From contig JBGSNL010000062.1 in assembly GCA_041739675.1 (NCBI GenBank), forward strand, positions 1 through 41,383: DNA of 41,383 nt, written 5' to 3'. Shown here in pieces: positions 1 through 9,120 of the stretch (its first letter is position 1; the number at the start of each line of letters is the position of its first letter). The stretch comes from a bacterium. GTDB taxonomy: Bacteria; UBA10199; 2-02-FULL-44-16; DYJF01. The notes below the pieces were generated by a model, which saw nothing but the letters and a program-made list of their open reading frames with translations, did not search any database and was not told the DNA's origin. Position numbers and translations under genes: made by a program.

Positions 1-589
1 GTATCGAGAAGATACATAGTGGAGACCATATCCTGCTTAGCCAGCATGCACATGCCTATGAATTTGTTTATCGCCTTCTCGCCCATGCGCATCCTGCCCT
101 TATCCCGAAGATCGCTTGTTATCTTGCCGCTCTTTTTCAGAAGCTCGTCTACGGTCAGCTCGAAATATTCGAGGCGGTCGATTGCGCGAGAATTAGAGCC
201 AAAACATCGATGCGCTCGAAGGACAAACGATCGAGCACAACGCGCTCAAAGAGGACCTCGTTTTTGCCCTCCTTGTGGACGTCGACAAAGAGCTCTTCGC
301 TTGTAATGACCGCTTCTTTGATGCCGATGACGGTCTTTATCTTTTCTATGATCGCCGTCTGTCTTCCCGGCTCCACGTTGAAAAAGACAACTGAGCCGAA
401 ACGGAAGATGAAAAAATATCCCGTCTCACTCTCCTGATAAACGAGCTTGGTCGAGCTCCGCGTTATCACCGTCTGCGAAAAGAGGCGGTCTATCTCCTTG
501 AGCTTCAAGATCTCTGTCAGGTGATAGGCCTGAAAGCTGTAACGCGGCGCGAATGGAAGATCCTGTTCCGGCATAGCGTGCGAAATCAT
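1..589 (-). pseudogene. RMD1/DUF155 family protein, frameshifted near 173 and running off the window's left edge
   Basis: ORF 155..589 has FIFRFGSVVFFNV and ends LAQSTA-SNISS*. The adjacent frame continues LEYFELTVDELLKK...MYLLD to base 1, matching the RMD1 pattern LAQS.AL.YFE...LLD. One extra C (GCC CTC) restores the frame. Confidence 0.75.
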
Positions 590-664
590 ATCGAAGTTTC
601 GGCCCCGTGCAACCCTTTTCTCCCCTTCTATTTTGCCTCAAAGTGAGCTATATTTCGCCATCTT

Positions 665-2641
665 ATGAAAATCGGTCTCGTCGCAGCCCTCAATATAAAC
701 ATGTTGCAGCCGACAGCTGTTGATGCGCGCGTGCCGCTGGGGCCATTGTGTCTGGCGGCCGTGCTCGAACCGGCGGGCTTTGAGGTGGAAGTTGTCGATC
801 CCAACCTCTGGATAGTGTCCGGTGAAATCAAGGCGGCCGAAGGGTTTGAAGAAGAGATGGCGAAACGGCTGGCCGAAAAAAACTTCGACGCCGTGGGCTT
901 CTCCTCGCTTGCAAACTCTTATCAATATACGCTGAGGATCGCGGCCGCCCTGCGAAAGCTTAGCCCCGACGTCCCGATATTTGCAGGCGGCCCGCAGGCG
1001 ACCCACACCGACGTTGCCACTCTTGAGGCGTTTCACGAAATCGACGCTATCGTGCGCGGCGAGGGAGAGATGGTAGTCTTGGATCTTCTGAAGGCCTTCG
1101 CCGGAGACATATCCATCGAAGAAGTGCGCGGGATAACCTACCGAAAAGACGGAAAGGTGCGCCGCAACGAAGACGCCCCGCTCATCGCCAACATCAATGA
1201 GCTGCCGCTTCCCGCCTACAAGCTCTATCCCATCAGGGGGAAGGCGAACGTCTTCGTGGATGCAGGCCGCGGATGCCCCTATCATTGTAATTTCTGTTCG
1301 ACCTGCGTTTTCTGGAAGAGAAGGTTCCGGCAAAAAGATCCCAAAAGGATCGTAGATGAGATGGAGGTGTTGAAATACGGCTTCGGCGCGAGATCGGTGG
1401 ATTTCACGCACGATCTTTTCACTCTCGACCGTGAAAAAACCGCTCTTCTCTGCCGGGAGATAAGACGAAGAAAGCTCGAGATGAGGTGGTGCTGCAGCAC
1501 AAGGGTCGACGCGGTGGACGGAAAGCTTCTCAAGATGATGGCGAAAGCCGGCTGCACTTCGATATTCTACGGTGTGGAGAGCGGATCGCCGCGCATGCAG
1601 AAAATAATCGGCAAGGAATTCGACGTGTCGCTTGTAATACCCGTGATGCGGGATACCGTGGCCGCCGGTATCGAACCGGTCGCGTCTTTCATCATCGGCT
1701 TTCCGCAGGAGACCGAAGATGATCTGGCCATGACGATCGAGATGGTGGCCGAACTCTTGAGCTCCTCCGAGCGCGTGAAAACGGTCCAGCTTCATCTCCT
1801 GGCAGTCACGAACGAAACAAAACTGTGGGACGAATACAAAGACAAACTCCTCTACGACGGGATTCAGAGCGATCAGGCGAGCGGCTGGCTCTATGCCGAA
1901 GAAGATCCCATGATCGCCAAATACCCGAGCCTCTTCCCCAGCCATTACTACGTGGAGACGCCGCACATAAGCCGCGAACTTTTGAAGGATCTCCATATTT
2001 TCGGATTTGTAGCGAACACAACTTTCAGATGGTCGTTTGCCTATGCCTTCAAAAAAACCGGAAGCGCTTTCGCCATAGCAAAAAATTGGCACAAGTGGAG
2101 GAGCGAGAACGAAAATCCCCTCTTCGGCGCGCATGTGCTCCCCCAGTTTACGGACCGCTTCACACGGCTTTTTCTCGACCGCGTAATCTCTTTCACCTTA
2201 TATCTGCAAACGGATCCGGACAACATGGGCTGGAAAGACGACATCTTCGAGGCCATATTCGGATACGAATCGACATCGTCGCGCATAAGGGCAAGGCTCA
2301 TCAATGACCCCTCTTCCAGAAACAGGTTGAAGACCGGCGAGATCCTGGAAACGAAACAATATCTTTATGATCCCAACACGATTATACGCTGGCTGACCGG
2401 CGGTGATAAAAAGAAGGTTGCACTCAAAGCCTCAAATGTGAACATTGAATATGTTTACAAAGGCTGGGCCATTATAGGCCCTCTGGTCGATATCAGAAAA
2501 AAACCAAGGAGGAGTCATGATACTGTCCGAAAGAGGCGCAATACGCGCGGCAATCGCGGAAGGCGGGTTCCATCTGTATCCCGCAGGAAACTTCCTAAGA
2601 AAAATAAAAGAGGCGCTCGCAGGCGACGAGCTAAAAGGTAA
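665..2641 (+). CDS. Cobalamin-binding (class B) radical SAM enzyme; the true stop is probably at 2520
   Basis: N-terminal B12-binding domain (PLGPLCLAAVL...GGPQAT...GEGE), RGCPYHCNFC CxxxCxxC motif, and GVESGSPRMQ. The Arg/Lys-rich tail after 2503 overlaps the next gene by 125 bp. Confidence 0.9.
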   Translation: MKIGLVAALNINMLQPTAVDARVPLGPLCLAAVLEPAGFEVEVVDPNLWIVSGEIKAAEGFEEEMAKRLAEKNFDAVGFSSLANSYQYTLRIAAALRKLSPDVPIFAGGPQATHTDVATLEAFHEIDAIVRGEGEMVVLDLLKAFAGDISIEEVRGITYRKDGKVRRNEDAPLIANINELPLPAYKLYPIRGKANVFVDAGRGCPYHCNFCSTCVFWKRRFRQKDPKRIVDEMEVLKYGFGARSVDFTHDLFTLDREKTALLCREIRRRKLEMRWCCSTRVDAVDGKLLKMMAKAGCTSIFYGVESGSPRMQKIIGKEFDVSLVIPVMRDTVAAGIEPVASFIIGFPQETEDDLAMTIEMVAELLSSSERVKTVQLHLLAVTNETKLWDEYKDKLLYDGIQSDQASGWLYAEEDPMIAKYPSLFPSHYYVETPHISRELLKDLHIFGFVANTTFRWSFAYAFKKTGSAFAIAKNWHKWRSENENPLFGAHVLPQFTDRFTRLFLDRVISFTLYLQTDPDNMGWKDDIFEAIFGYESTSSRIRARLINDPSSRNRLKTGEILETKQYLYDPNTIIRWLTGGDKKKVALKASNVNIEYVYKGWAIIGPLVDIRKKPRRSHDTVRKRRNTRGNRGRRVPSVSRRKLPKKNKRGARRRRAKR

Positions 2642-3899
2642 TTTCGATGCGCAGACGACAATCGGGAAACTGAAGAGCATACCTCTGCCCTCGGATGAGC
2701 ATGCGCGGGCCGTCTTTGAGCAGGACGTGGGCCTCATCTGCACGCGGCTTGAGGAAATCGACGCGGAATATAATATAGAATCCGTCTTCACAAAGATGGC
2801 CGAGAGCCTGCCAGCCGCCGCAAAAAAATATTACGGCATAGACGGTTTCGAGCCGGTCAAGCCGCAGATAGTCGAGTACTTCTTTGAAGGATTCAACGAC
2901 ATGTACAAAGATGCTGACTGGAACGCGTTCAACGTCGACTCCAACGAATCGCGCGAAATGAACGTACCCGTCGGAACGTATTTCAAGCGCGATCAGGTAT
3001 CGCCGGGACAGCCAGAGTTCGGTGTGATGCACGAGGCCAACCACGTAATGCAGGAACTTGCCGGCAAGCCGTCTGGCGCTCACCACTATGTCCCGTGGCT
3101 GGACGAGGGGCTGGCGGACATGTTCGGCCGCATGATGCTCTTTGCCGCAACGGAAGACGAAAAGCTCTTAAAGAAGGTGAAAAAATTCCGCACCGAAGTG
3201 GAGGTAACCGAGCCACGCAAGATTACCTACCACTACGGCGAGGAGACGGCGGCCCTGCTTCTCTTGCGCGGCAGGCTTCCCCTTGTGAAAGCCCTTTTGA
3301 AGGCGAGGCAGAAGGATCCCTACTCAATAGACTGGAACTCTCTTGCCCAATCGATCAAACGCGGTGTCGATCCGCATATCGGGATCGTCACAGCATATTG
3401 CGGTTCCAAAAAAGAGACGTTTCAAAAGCAGCTCGAGCGCGACGAAACTGCTTTCAGAAAAGAGGCGGACTTGAATCAGGCCGATCTCCGCATCCTCACG
3501 ATGTTTATCGCGACGCAGAGGCCCGCGACACTTCCCGCCGTGGAATACCGCGCGGCGCTTTGGTTCGCAGGCGAGGCGGCGAAAGAACCCTCTCCCCACT
3601 TCACGGACCCCGCGGCGATACCCGAGGCGTTCAGGTCCCAGATCGCAGATTGGAAACCGGACGCTTTGATACCCCTCTCGTCGATACCCGAGGCGGTGTT
3701 CAAAAAGGTGGGCGGGCTAAAAACGAAGATACTCATACGCGCATCCGATGTCCCGGAGGAGTTGAAAAACGGCGCGGATTCGCTCGCTAACAATTACTTC
3801 GTGATAAAGCGCAAGATCGGCGAATCCGAAGTTTATGAGCCGTACGGCGGCGGGCTTCCCTATCGTTTGGGGTCGGGCGAGCTGCGCTGCGAATGGTAA
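2517..3899 (+). CDS. Uncharacterised zincin-like protein (HExxH plus downstream Glu)
   Basis: 460 aa ORF with AGGAGG RBS. Motif HEANH followed about 18 residues later by PWLDEGLAD (gluzincin-type third ligand). Confidence 0.7.
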   Translation: MILSERGAIRAAIAEGGFHLYPAGNFLRKIKEALAGDELKGNFDAQTTIGKLKSIPLPSDEHARAVFEQDVGLICTRLEEIDAEYNIESVFTKMAESLPAAAKKYYGIDGFEPVKPQIVEYFFEGFNDMYKDADWNAFNVDSNESREMNVPVGTYFKRDQVSPGQPEFGVMHEANHVMQELAGKPSGAHHYVPWLDEGLADMFGRMMLFAATEDEKLLKKVKKFRTEVEVTEPRKITYHYGEETAALLLLRGRLPLVKALLKARQKDPYSIDWNSLAQSIKRGVDPHIGIVTAYCGSKKETFQKQLERDETAFRKEADLNQADLRILTMFIATQRPATLPAVEYRAALWFAGEAAKEPSPHFTDPAAIPEAFRSQIADWKPDALIPLSSIPEAVFKKVGGLKTKILIRASDVPEELKNGADSLANNYFVIKRKIGESEVYEPYGGGLPYRLGSGELRCEW

Positions 3900-3964
3900 G
3901 GCCAACCCTTTTTCTTGCAATCTGATTGCCGCGTGATAGTTTCCCCCTACGAAAGGGGGAAGTT

Positions 3965-4933
3965 ATGCGCACAAGACTTATCGCAATTTTTCTGGCTTGC
4001 ACTCTCCTTGCCGGCTTTGAGCTCTCATGCCACAAGAGATCCGGCCCCGCGGGGACCAAAACCAATCCGGTCCGCCTCTTCTTCATGCCTTTGAAGGGCG
4101 AAGAGGTGTTTAAAAAGAACGCCCCAATCGTCAAAAAATATCTCGAAGAGAAAACCGGACTCACTGTGGAAACGGTTTACGCGCCCGATTTCATAACGAT
4201 CGTCAACGCGTTCGGAAACAAGCAGGCCGACGCGGCTATCATGAACACGCTTGGATTTCTTCTGGCCCGCGACTGGGCAAAGGCCGAGGCGGCCCTCATT
4301 TCAATATACGGCGACGTCTACAGGACGTATCGCGGCGAAATTCTGGCGCAGGTGGGCGGAAAAGTTAATTCCCTTGCCGATCTGAACGGAAAAAAAGTGG
4401 CGTTTGCAGATTCATTTTCGGCCAGCGGATACATTTATGCCATGAAACTTTTTGCCGACAATAACGTGAAACCAGCGAAGACGGTTTTTGCGGGCGGCCA
4501 CAAGAAAGCGGTAGAGATGGTCTACAGGGGCGAGGTCGATGCCGCGGCGACATACCATTCAAGACCGTCGGCTGAAGGGGTGGAACGCGACGCGAGGGCG
4601 GAACTTTTGAAAACCTACCCTGACGTGTTCGCGAAGCTCAAGGTCGTGGCACTCACCGACGAGATACCCAACGGTCCGGTTGCTCTTCGCTATGACCTGC
4701 CGGTTGGCGACAAGGTGAAGCTGACCGATGCACTGAGATCTTTTACTGAAACTATGGAAGGGCGCCAGGCGATGGCCGATCTTTACAACATAACCGGTTT
4801 TGCGCCGACGGCTGATTCAACGTATGATGCGGTTGGCGACGTCATTAAAAAACTCGGGAAAACGGTTGAAGAGACTGTCCCGGGCGGCGTTACATTCTAC
4901 AGGACGAAGATCGGTCCCCTGCTTGAAAACTAG
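3965..4933 (+). CDS. PhnD-like phosphate/phosphite/phosphonate substrate-binding lipoprotein
   Basis: ATG at 3965 after AAGGGGGA. Signal peptide with Cys. Motifs SLADLNGKKVAFADSFSASGY, FAGGHKKAVEMVYRGEVDAAA and TDEIPNGP. Confidence 0.85.
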   Translation: MRTRLIAIFLACTLLAGFELSCHKRSGPAGTKTNPVRLFFMPLKGEEVFKKNAPIVKKYLEEKTGLTVETVYAPDFITIVNAFGNKQADAAIMNTLGFLLARDWAKAEAALISIYGDVYRTYRGEILAQVGGKVNSLADLNGKKVAFADSFSASGYIYAMKLFADNNVKPAKTVFAGGHKKAVEMVYRGEVDAAATYHSRPSAEGVERDARAELLKTYPDVFAKLKVVALTDEIPNGPVALRYDLPVGDKVKLTDALRSFTETMEGRQAMADLYNITGFAPTADSTYDAVGDVIKKLGKTVEETVPGGVTFYRTKIGPLLEN

Positions 4934-4950
4934 AACCGGGCGGAGGCAAC

Positions 4951-6048
4951 ATGAGCTTTGCAAAGAGCATCGGCAAACAATTTGCGGCGTTGGGAATCGC
5001 GGCCCTGTGCTTCGGCTACTTCGCCTCCTATGTGCCGTATTCCATGATGACGAAGATGATCACCGACGGGCTCTTTTCCGGAATGGACGGCGTGGGATTT
5101 TCCGGGTTTGAGATACAGCCGGTCGTCGTGCTCGGCAGCTTCGTCTCGATGTACATCTTCATAACCGCTGCGGGCTGGTGGAAATACGCGACTCATTCGA
5201 AAATATTCGGGATATCGTTCCCGCGGCCGCAGTGGTTCACGTTTCTCTCGGGCCTCTGCACCGCCGGCCAGATAGTCACAACAACACTTGCATACACGTT
5301 CAGCGGCATCAGCATCGTCTTTGCCATGCTTCTCATGCGGGGCGGCGTTTTGATCATCGCGCCGATGGTCGACATGGTCGTCAAAAAGAGAAAACGAAAA
5401 ATATACTGGCCTTCGTGGGTCGCATCGGGTTTAAGCTTGGCCGCACTTTTCGTCGCGTTTGCCGAAAAGGCCGGCACGGCGATAACCCTCATCGCGGCGA
5501 TAGATATCGGGATATATCTTTTCGGCTATTTCTTCCGCCTCTTCATCATGAGCACGTGGGCGAAAAGCGACGACGCCGAGGAGAGAAAGCGCTATTTCGC
5601 GGAAGAGCAGCTGGTTGCGAACCCCGTGCTTCTCATCGCGCTTTTTGTCGTGGGAGTCATGGGCATCGGCGGCGATCCGGAGTCGATCACCAATCAGGTG
5701 TGGCAGGGTTTTGTCTCGTTCCCGTTCAAGGGGTTTTTCCTCGTCACATTCCTGATCGGAGTTTTCTCTTACGGAACAGGCTTGTTTGGGAGCCTCATCT
5801 TCCTTGATAAGCGTGAGAACACGTTCACCGTTCCCGCAAATCGTGCGTCGTCAATCTTAGCGGGCGTTCTGGCAACATACCTGCTTTATATCTACTACGG
5901 CCAGAAGGCCCCGAATATCTACCATCTCACGGGGGCCGCGCTCATTATCGGTGCGATCCTCTTCCTCATGTATCGTTCGATGATTGAAAAGCGCAAGAAC
6001 GCCCCGGAGGCGAAGCCGGTCGCGGCGACGGGGATTCAGGCCTCTTGA
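4951..6048 (+). CDS. Polytopic membrane protein (about 10 TM), DMT/EamA-like
   Basis: GGAGG RBS; two hydrophobic halves separated by a basic loop (KKRKRK). The DMT assignment is an inference. Confidence 0.65.
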   Translation: MSFAKSIGKQFAALGIAALCFGYFASYVPYSMMTKMITDGLFSGMDGVGFSGFEIQPVVVLGSFVSMYIFITAAGWWKYATHSKIFGISFPRPQWFTFLSGLCTAGQIVTTTLAYTFSGISIVFAMLLMRGGVLIIAPMVDMVVKKRKRKIYWPSWVASGLSLAALFVAFAEKAGTAITLIAAIDIGIYLFGYFFRLFIMSTWAKSDDAEERKRYFAEEQLVANPVLLIALFVVGVMGIGGDPESITNQVWQGFVSFPFKGFFLVTFLIGVFSYGTGLFGSLIFLDKRENTFTVPANRASSILAGVLATYLLYIYYGQKAPNIYHLTGAALIIGAILFLMYRSMIEKRKNAPEAKPVAATGIQAS

Positions 6049-6758
6049 AGTTCCCAAAGACGGTTTAAGGCGGCAAAATAACGCGGGCCCAGGACTTTCG
6101 GATCCTTTGATTCCGGCTCGTTATTCATCGTGACAAAAGGAACCTTCACATCCGCCAGCTCCAGATATCCATCCTGTTTTTCTTTCGTCATGTAGGACCA
6201 GTCGTCGGTCGAATAGAAACGCTGCATGTCCTCATCGGGCGTCTTGTGGGCAAGAATAGACGATTTGAGTTTTTCAATGTAGCGCGCGTCGTTTCTCCTT
6301 CTTGATTCCTCTGCGGTCACTTCGACATAAAAGATCGCCGATCTACCTAGAACTTTCTTGTCGAAGTATTTGAGGGCCGGAAGATAAGGTTTCTCGCCGC
6401 CGCGCGAAAATTCTATTAGGAGCGTGTTTTCCTTATAAAAATTACTCTGAGGCAGATACTTTTTTGCCACTGCATCGTTCACTTTCGCCATCAAAAAATC
6501 GAACAACGCGCCGTCGTCCAGAATGTAACCGTGTCCCGCCCTCTTTGAATGGAGGCGCTTGCCTTTGATTTTTTCCCAGATGTCATCCTCTTCGAACTTT
6601 TCCCAGAGCCACACGAAATCATCCAGGATATTGAGCTTTCCGATGTGATATTTTTCCGCCCTTTCCGAATCGGAGATGTTTTTCATGAAATCCAAAAACT
6701 CCGATTTGCCGGACGCCGGTCTTCCAAGGACAAACAGGTGATCGAATGTTTTCTTCAT
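6036..6758 (-). CDS. P-loop kinase-fold protein (NMP-kinase-like), paralog 2
   Basis: Walker A GRPASGKS, LLIEFSRG strand and EESRRRNDAR lid-like motif. Confidence 0.75.
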   Translation of the reverse strand: MKKTFDHLFVLGRPASGKSEFLDFMKNISDSERAEKYHIGKLNILDDFVWLWEKFEEDDIWEKIKGKRLHSKRAGHGYILDDGALFDFLMAKVNDAVAKKYLPQSNFYKENTLLIEFSRGGEKPYLPALKYFDKKVLGRSAIFYVEVTAEESRRRNDARYIEKLKSSILAHKTPDEDMQRFYSTDDWSYMTKEKQDGYLELADVKVPFVTMNNEPESKDPKVLGPRYFAALNRLWELQEA

Positions 6759-7477
6759 ACAGATTTGAGCTGCATGAGCTTGCCTAGCGCCGATCCGTAT
6801 CTCTCATCCAACACAACCGGGTCGGCGCTCTCGGGTTCGTTTCCCATCGTTACAAACGGGATCTTAAAACCGTCAAAGTTCAAATATCCGCTGTCTTTTC
6901 CCCCGGTCAGATCCGCCCAGTCGTCGATGGAATAGAGCTCTTCCATCGTCTCGCGCGGAACCATGTGTGCGAGTATCGAGTGTCTGAGCTTTTCCTGATA
7001 ACGCGCCACGTTTCTGCGCCATGATTCCTCAAAGCTCACATTGATATAGAGAATGGACGATCTCTTGATCACTTCAGGCGAGAGCCGGGACAGAGCCTCG
7101 CGATAACCGTGTTTGCCGCCCCTTGAGAATTCTATGAGAAGCGTCCCGTCCTTATAAAATTCCGGTTTTGAAATGTATTTTTTCGGAATATCCTGATTGA
7201 AGCGCTCGATCAGAAAATGAAAGAGCGTGTTGTCGGTGAGGCCATAATTTTCGCCGAATTTCTTTGAAAAAAGGCGCTGTTTACCGACTCTTTCCCAGAG
7301 GTCGTCCTCTTCGAACTTTTCCCAGAGCCAAACGAAGTCGTCCATGACATCGAAACGGCCGATGTGATAGCGCTCCGCTCTTTTATCGTCGGGGGTCTTT
7401 TCAAGAAAATCTATGAATTCCGATTTGCCTCCGGCAGGACGTCCGAGGACAAGGAGATGGTCGAATGTTTGTGCCAT
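6755..7477 (-). CDS. P-loop kinase-fold protein (NMP-kinase-like), paralog 1
   Basis: Walker A GRPAGGKS, LLIEFSRG and EESWRRNVAR. GGAGG RBS; ATGA overlap with paralog 2. Confidence 0.75.
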   Translation of the reverse strand: MAQTFDHLLVLGRPAGGKSEFIDFLEKTPDDKRAERYHIGRFDVMDDFVWLWEKFEEDDLWERVGKQRLFSKKFGENYGLTDNTLFHFLIERFNQDIPKKYISKPEFYKDGTLLIEFSRGGKHGYREALSRLSPEVIKRSSILYINVSFEESWRRNVARYQEKLRHSILAHMVPRETMEELYSIDDWADLTGGKDSGYLNFDGFKIPFVTMGNEPESADPVVLDERYGSALGKLMQLKSV

Positions 7478-7542
7478 AAAACCTCCGTTTTTTGAAAGCG
7501 CGGCAGTATCCTTAGCACGCCTTTTGGCTCTGCAACAAGCAT

Positions 7543-7579
7543 AAAAAAACCCCGCCCAGAAGCCCTGAGCGGGGTTTTT
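7543..7579. terminator. Intrinsic terminator, bidirectional type, downstream of 7596..8174
   Basis: AAAAAAACCCCGCCCAG-AAGCC-CTGAGCGGGGTTTTT hairpin flanked by A and T tracts. Confidence 0.8.
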
Positions 7580-7595
7580 GAAGATTGCCTTGCAG

Positions 7596-8174
7596 TTACT
7601 TCGTCACAGGAGCCGTCGTTGTCGTGGTCTTGGTGGTCGTTGCAGCCGGAGTCGTGGTCGTGGTCGTTGTCGTTACCGCGGCCTTTTCCGGGTTGAACGT
7701 GAACTCATGGCGCTTTGCAACAATGGCTGTCGGGTTGCTCTTGTTGTCCTGGCCGACACCGTACACGATATACTTATAGCCGCCGTCCGGAGTGTTGATC
7801 AGCTGCCAGTAGTTGCGATAGTCAACATCGCCGTCGCAAACGTTCTTCGCCTTGTCCTTGCAGTTGACGACGAACTTGTCGTTCTGAAGGGTTGCGCCGT
7901 ACGTCTGGGCTACCTTACCGGTCGTGTCAAATTCCTTCTGGACGAGCGTGCTACCGGAAAGTTCCCACACTTCGTTCGATCCCTCGGTCTTGAATTTCAT
8001 GACGCACTTGTCGCCTTCCTTCGTGACCGTGAGCGTTCCCACCTTGCCGTTCAGATCCTTAGAGACCGACCACAGGCTACCCTTGTAGTTACCGGGGTTG
8101 CAGGTCGTCGTCGCTGCGGACGCGAACGCGGGCAGGAGGACCACTGCTACTGCGAGCACCAATACTTTTTTCAT
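7596..8174 (-). CDS. Secreted protein with four Cys and a Thr-rich C-terminal tail
   Basis: AAGGAG RBS, Sec signal MKKVLVLAVAVVLLPAFASA, and tail TTTTTTTTPAATTTKTTTTTAP. Confidence 0.8.
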   Translation of the reverse strand: MKKVLVLAVAVVLLPAFASAATTTCNPGNYKGSLWSVSKDLNGKVGTLTVTKEGDKCVMKFKTEGSNEVWELSGSTLVQKEFDTTGKVAQTYGATLQNDKFVVNCKDKAKNVCDGDVDYRNYWQLINTPDGGYKYIVYGVGQDNKSNPTAIVAKRHEFTFNPEKAAVTTTTTTTTPAATTTKTTTTTAPVTK

Positions 8175-8256
8175 ACCTTCTCCTCCTTAAATCAGGCTCA
8201 CCATTGGGCCTGTAAGCGCCGCAAATAGAGCTAATACCGTCATTTGTCAAGGGCCG

Positions 8257-9120
8257 TCAGTGCATTATAAACTCGTCTCGCATAACCCCTTCTTTATCAA
8301 TGGCTTTTACATTGACACGATCTTCGTCAACCGTCACAGCGACAAAATGGCAAAACGTCTTGCCGTAAAGCCGCTGCCCCCCGCCACCTGTGATGATCTG
8401 CCAGACGCCGCCCATTTTCCGCTTCTCGTATTTGTGCTCGTGTCCCGTGAAAACGGCGTTCACTTTTTTTTCTTCGAAGAATTTTGCGAGATCATCACGA
8501 AGTTTCGGATATTTGTCCAGGCTGTCACCGTAATGGAAGGCATCTTTGTTGAGATAGAGCGGCGCGTGCAGGAAAACGAATTGGTGATCGTATTTTTCAG
8601 GATCGAGAGTTCTTTTGAGCCATGCAAGCTGGGCCCCTTCTATCTTATATTCGCGGTCCATCTCGAACGTATCGAGCACGACAAAGAGCGATTTACCCAC
8701 GACCCATGAATAGTAAAGCTCGTTGCCGGGCAGATCCACCTCCTCTTTCCAGACCGTTTCGCTCTCTTTGTCGTCTACTGCGTGGTTTCCGATCGTCAAA
8801 AAAAACGGCACGTCGATCGCTTCCGAAAGTTTCCAAAAATGTGCCCAGTCGTTTCGATTTCCCTGCTCTATGATATTATCCCCCATGTGCACGAAGAAAT
8901 CCGGATTTCTTTTCAATGCGCGTGCAATGAGGTTTTGATAGATTTTGTCGCCGCCGCGGCTGTCGCCGATGACGATGAAAGTGTAGGCCCCTTTGTGCGC
9001 GCGAAGTTTCGCCAGCTTCGCATCTAACTGTTTAGAGGTGGAAAGAGCTGCGGATGACAGGAGAAGGATAAGACAAATAAGCAAGAGGCGGAAAAAGATT
9101 TTTTTTTGCTTCATAGCCAT
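8257..9120 (-). CDS. Exported calcineurin-like metallophosphoesterase
   Basis: Signal peptide; motifs GDSR, HMGD, GNH, HAP and GHEH. Confidence 0.9.
   Translation of the reverse strand: MAMKQKKIFFRLLLICLILLLSSAALSTSKQLDAKLAKLRAHKGAYTFIVIGDSRGGDKIYQNLIARALKRNPDFFVHMGDNIIEQGNRNDWAHFWKLSEAIDVPFFLTIGNHAVDDKESETVWKEEVDLPGNELYYSWVVGKSLFVVLDTFEMDREYKIEGAQLAWLKRTLDPEKYDHQFVFLHAPLYLNKDAFHYGDSLDKYPKLRDDLAKFFEEKKVNAVFTGHEHKYEKRKMGGVWQIITGGGGQRLYGKTFCHFVAVTVDEDRVNVKAIDKEGVMRDEFIMH

Noticed and set aside
590..664. Possible RiPP precursor next to the radical SAM gene
   Set aside because: Only about 75 bp of divergent intergenic DNA, with no credible short ORF or RBS.
638..2134. 498 aa minus-strand ORF
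   Set aside because: Antisense shadow of the radical SAM gene, with no motifs.
7610..7680. (GTC/GTG/GTT)n tandem pattern as a DNA repeat array
   Set aside because: Explained by Thr codons of the minus-strand gene.
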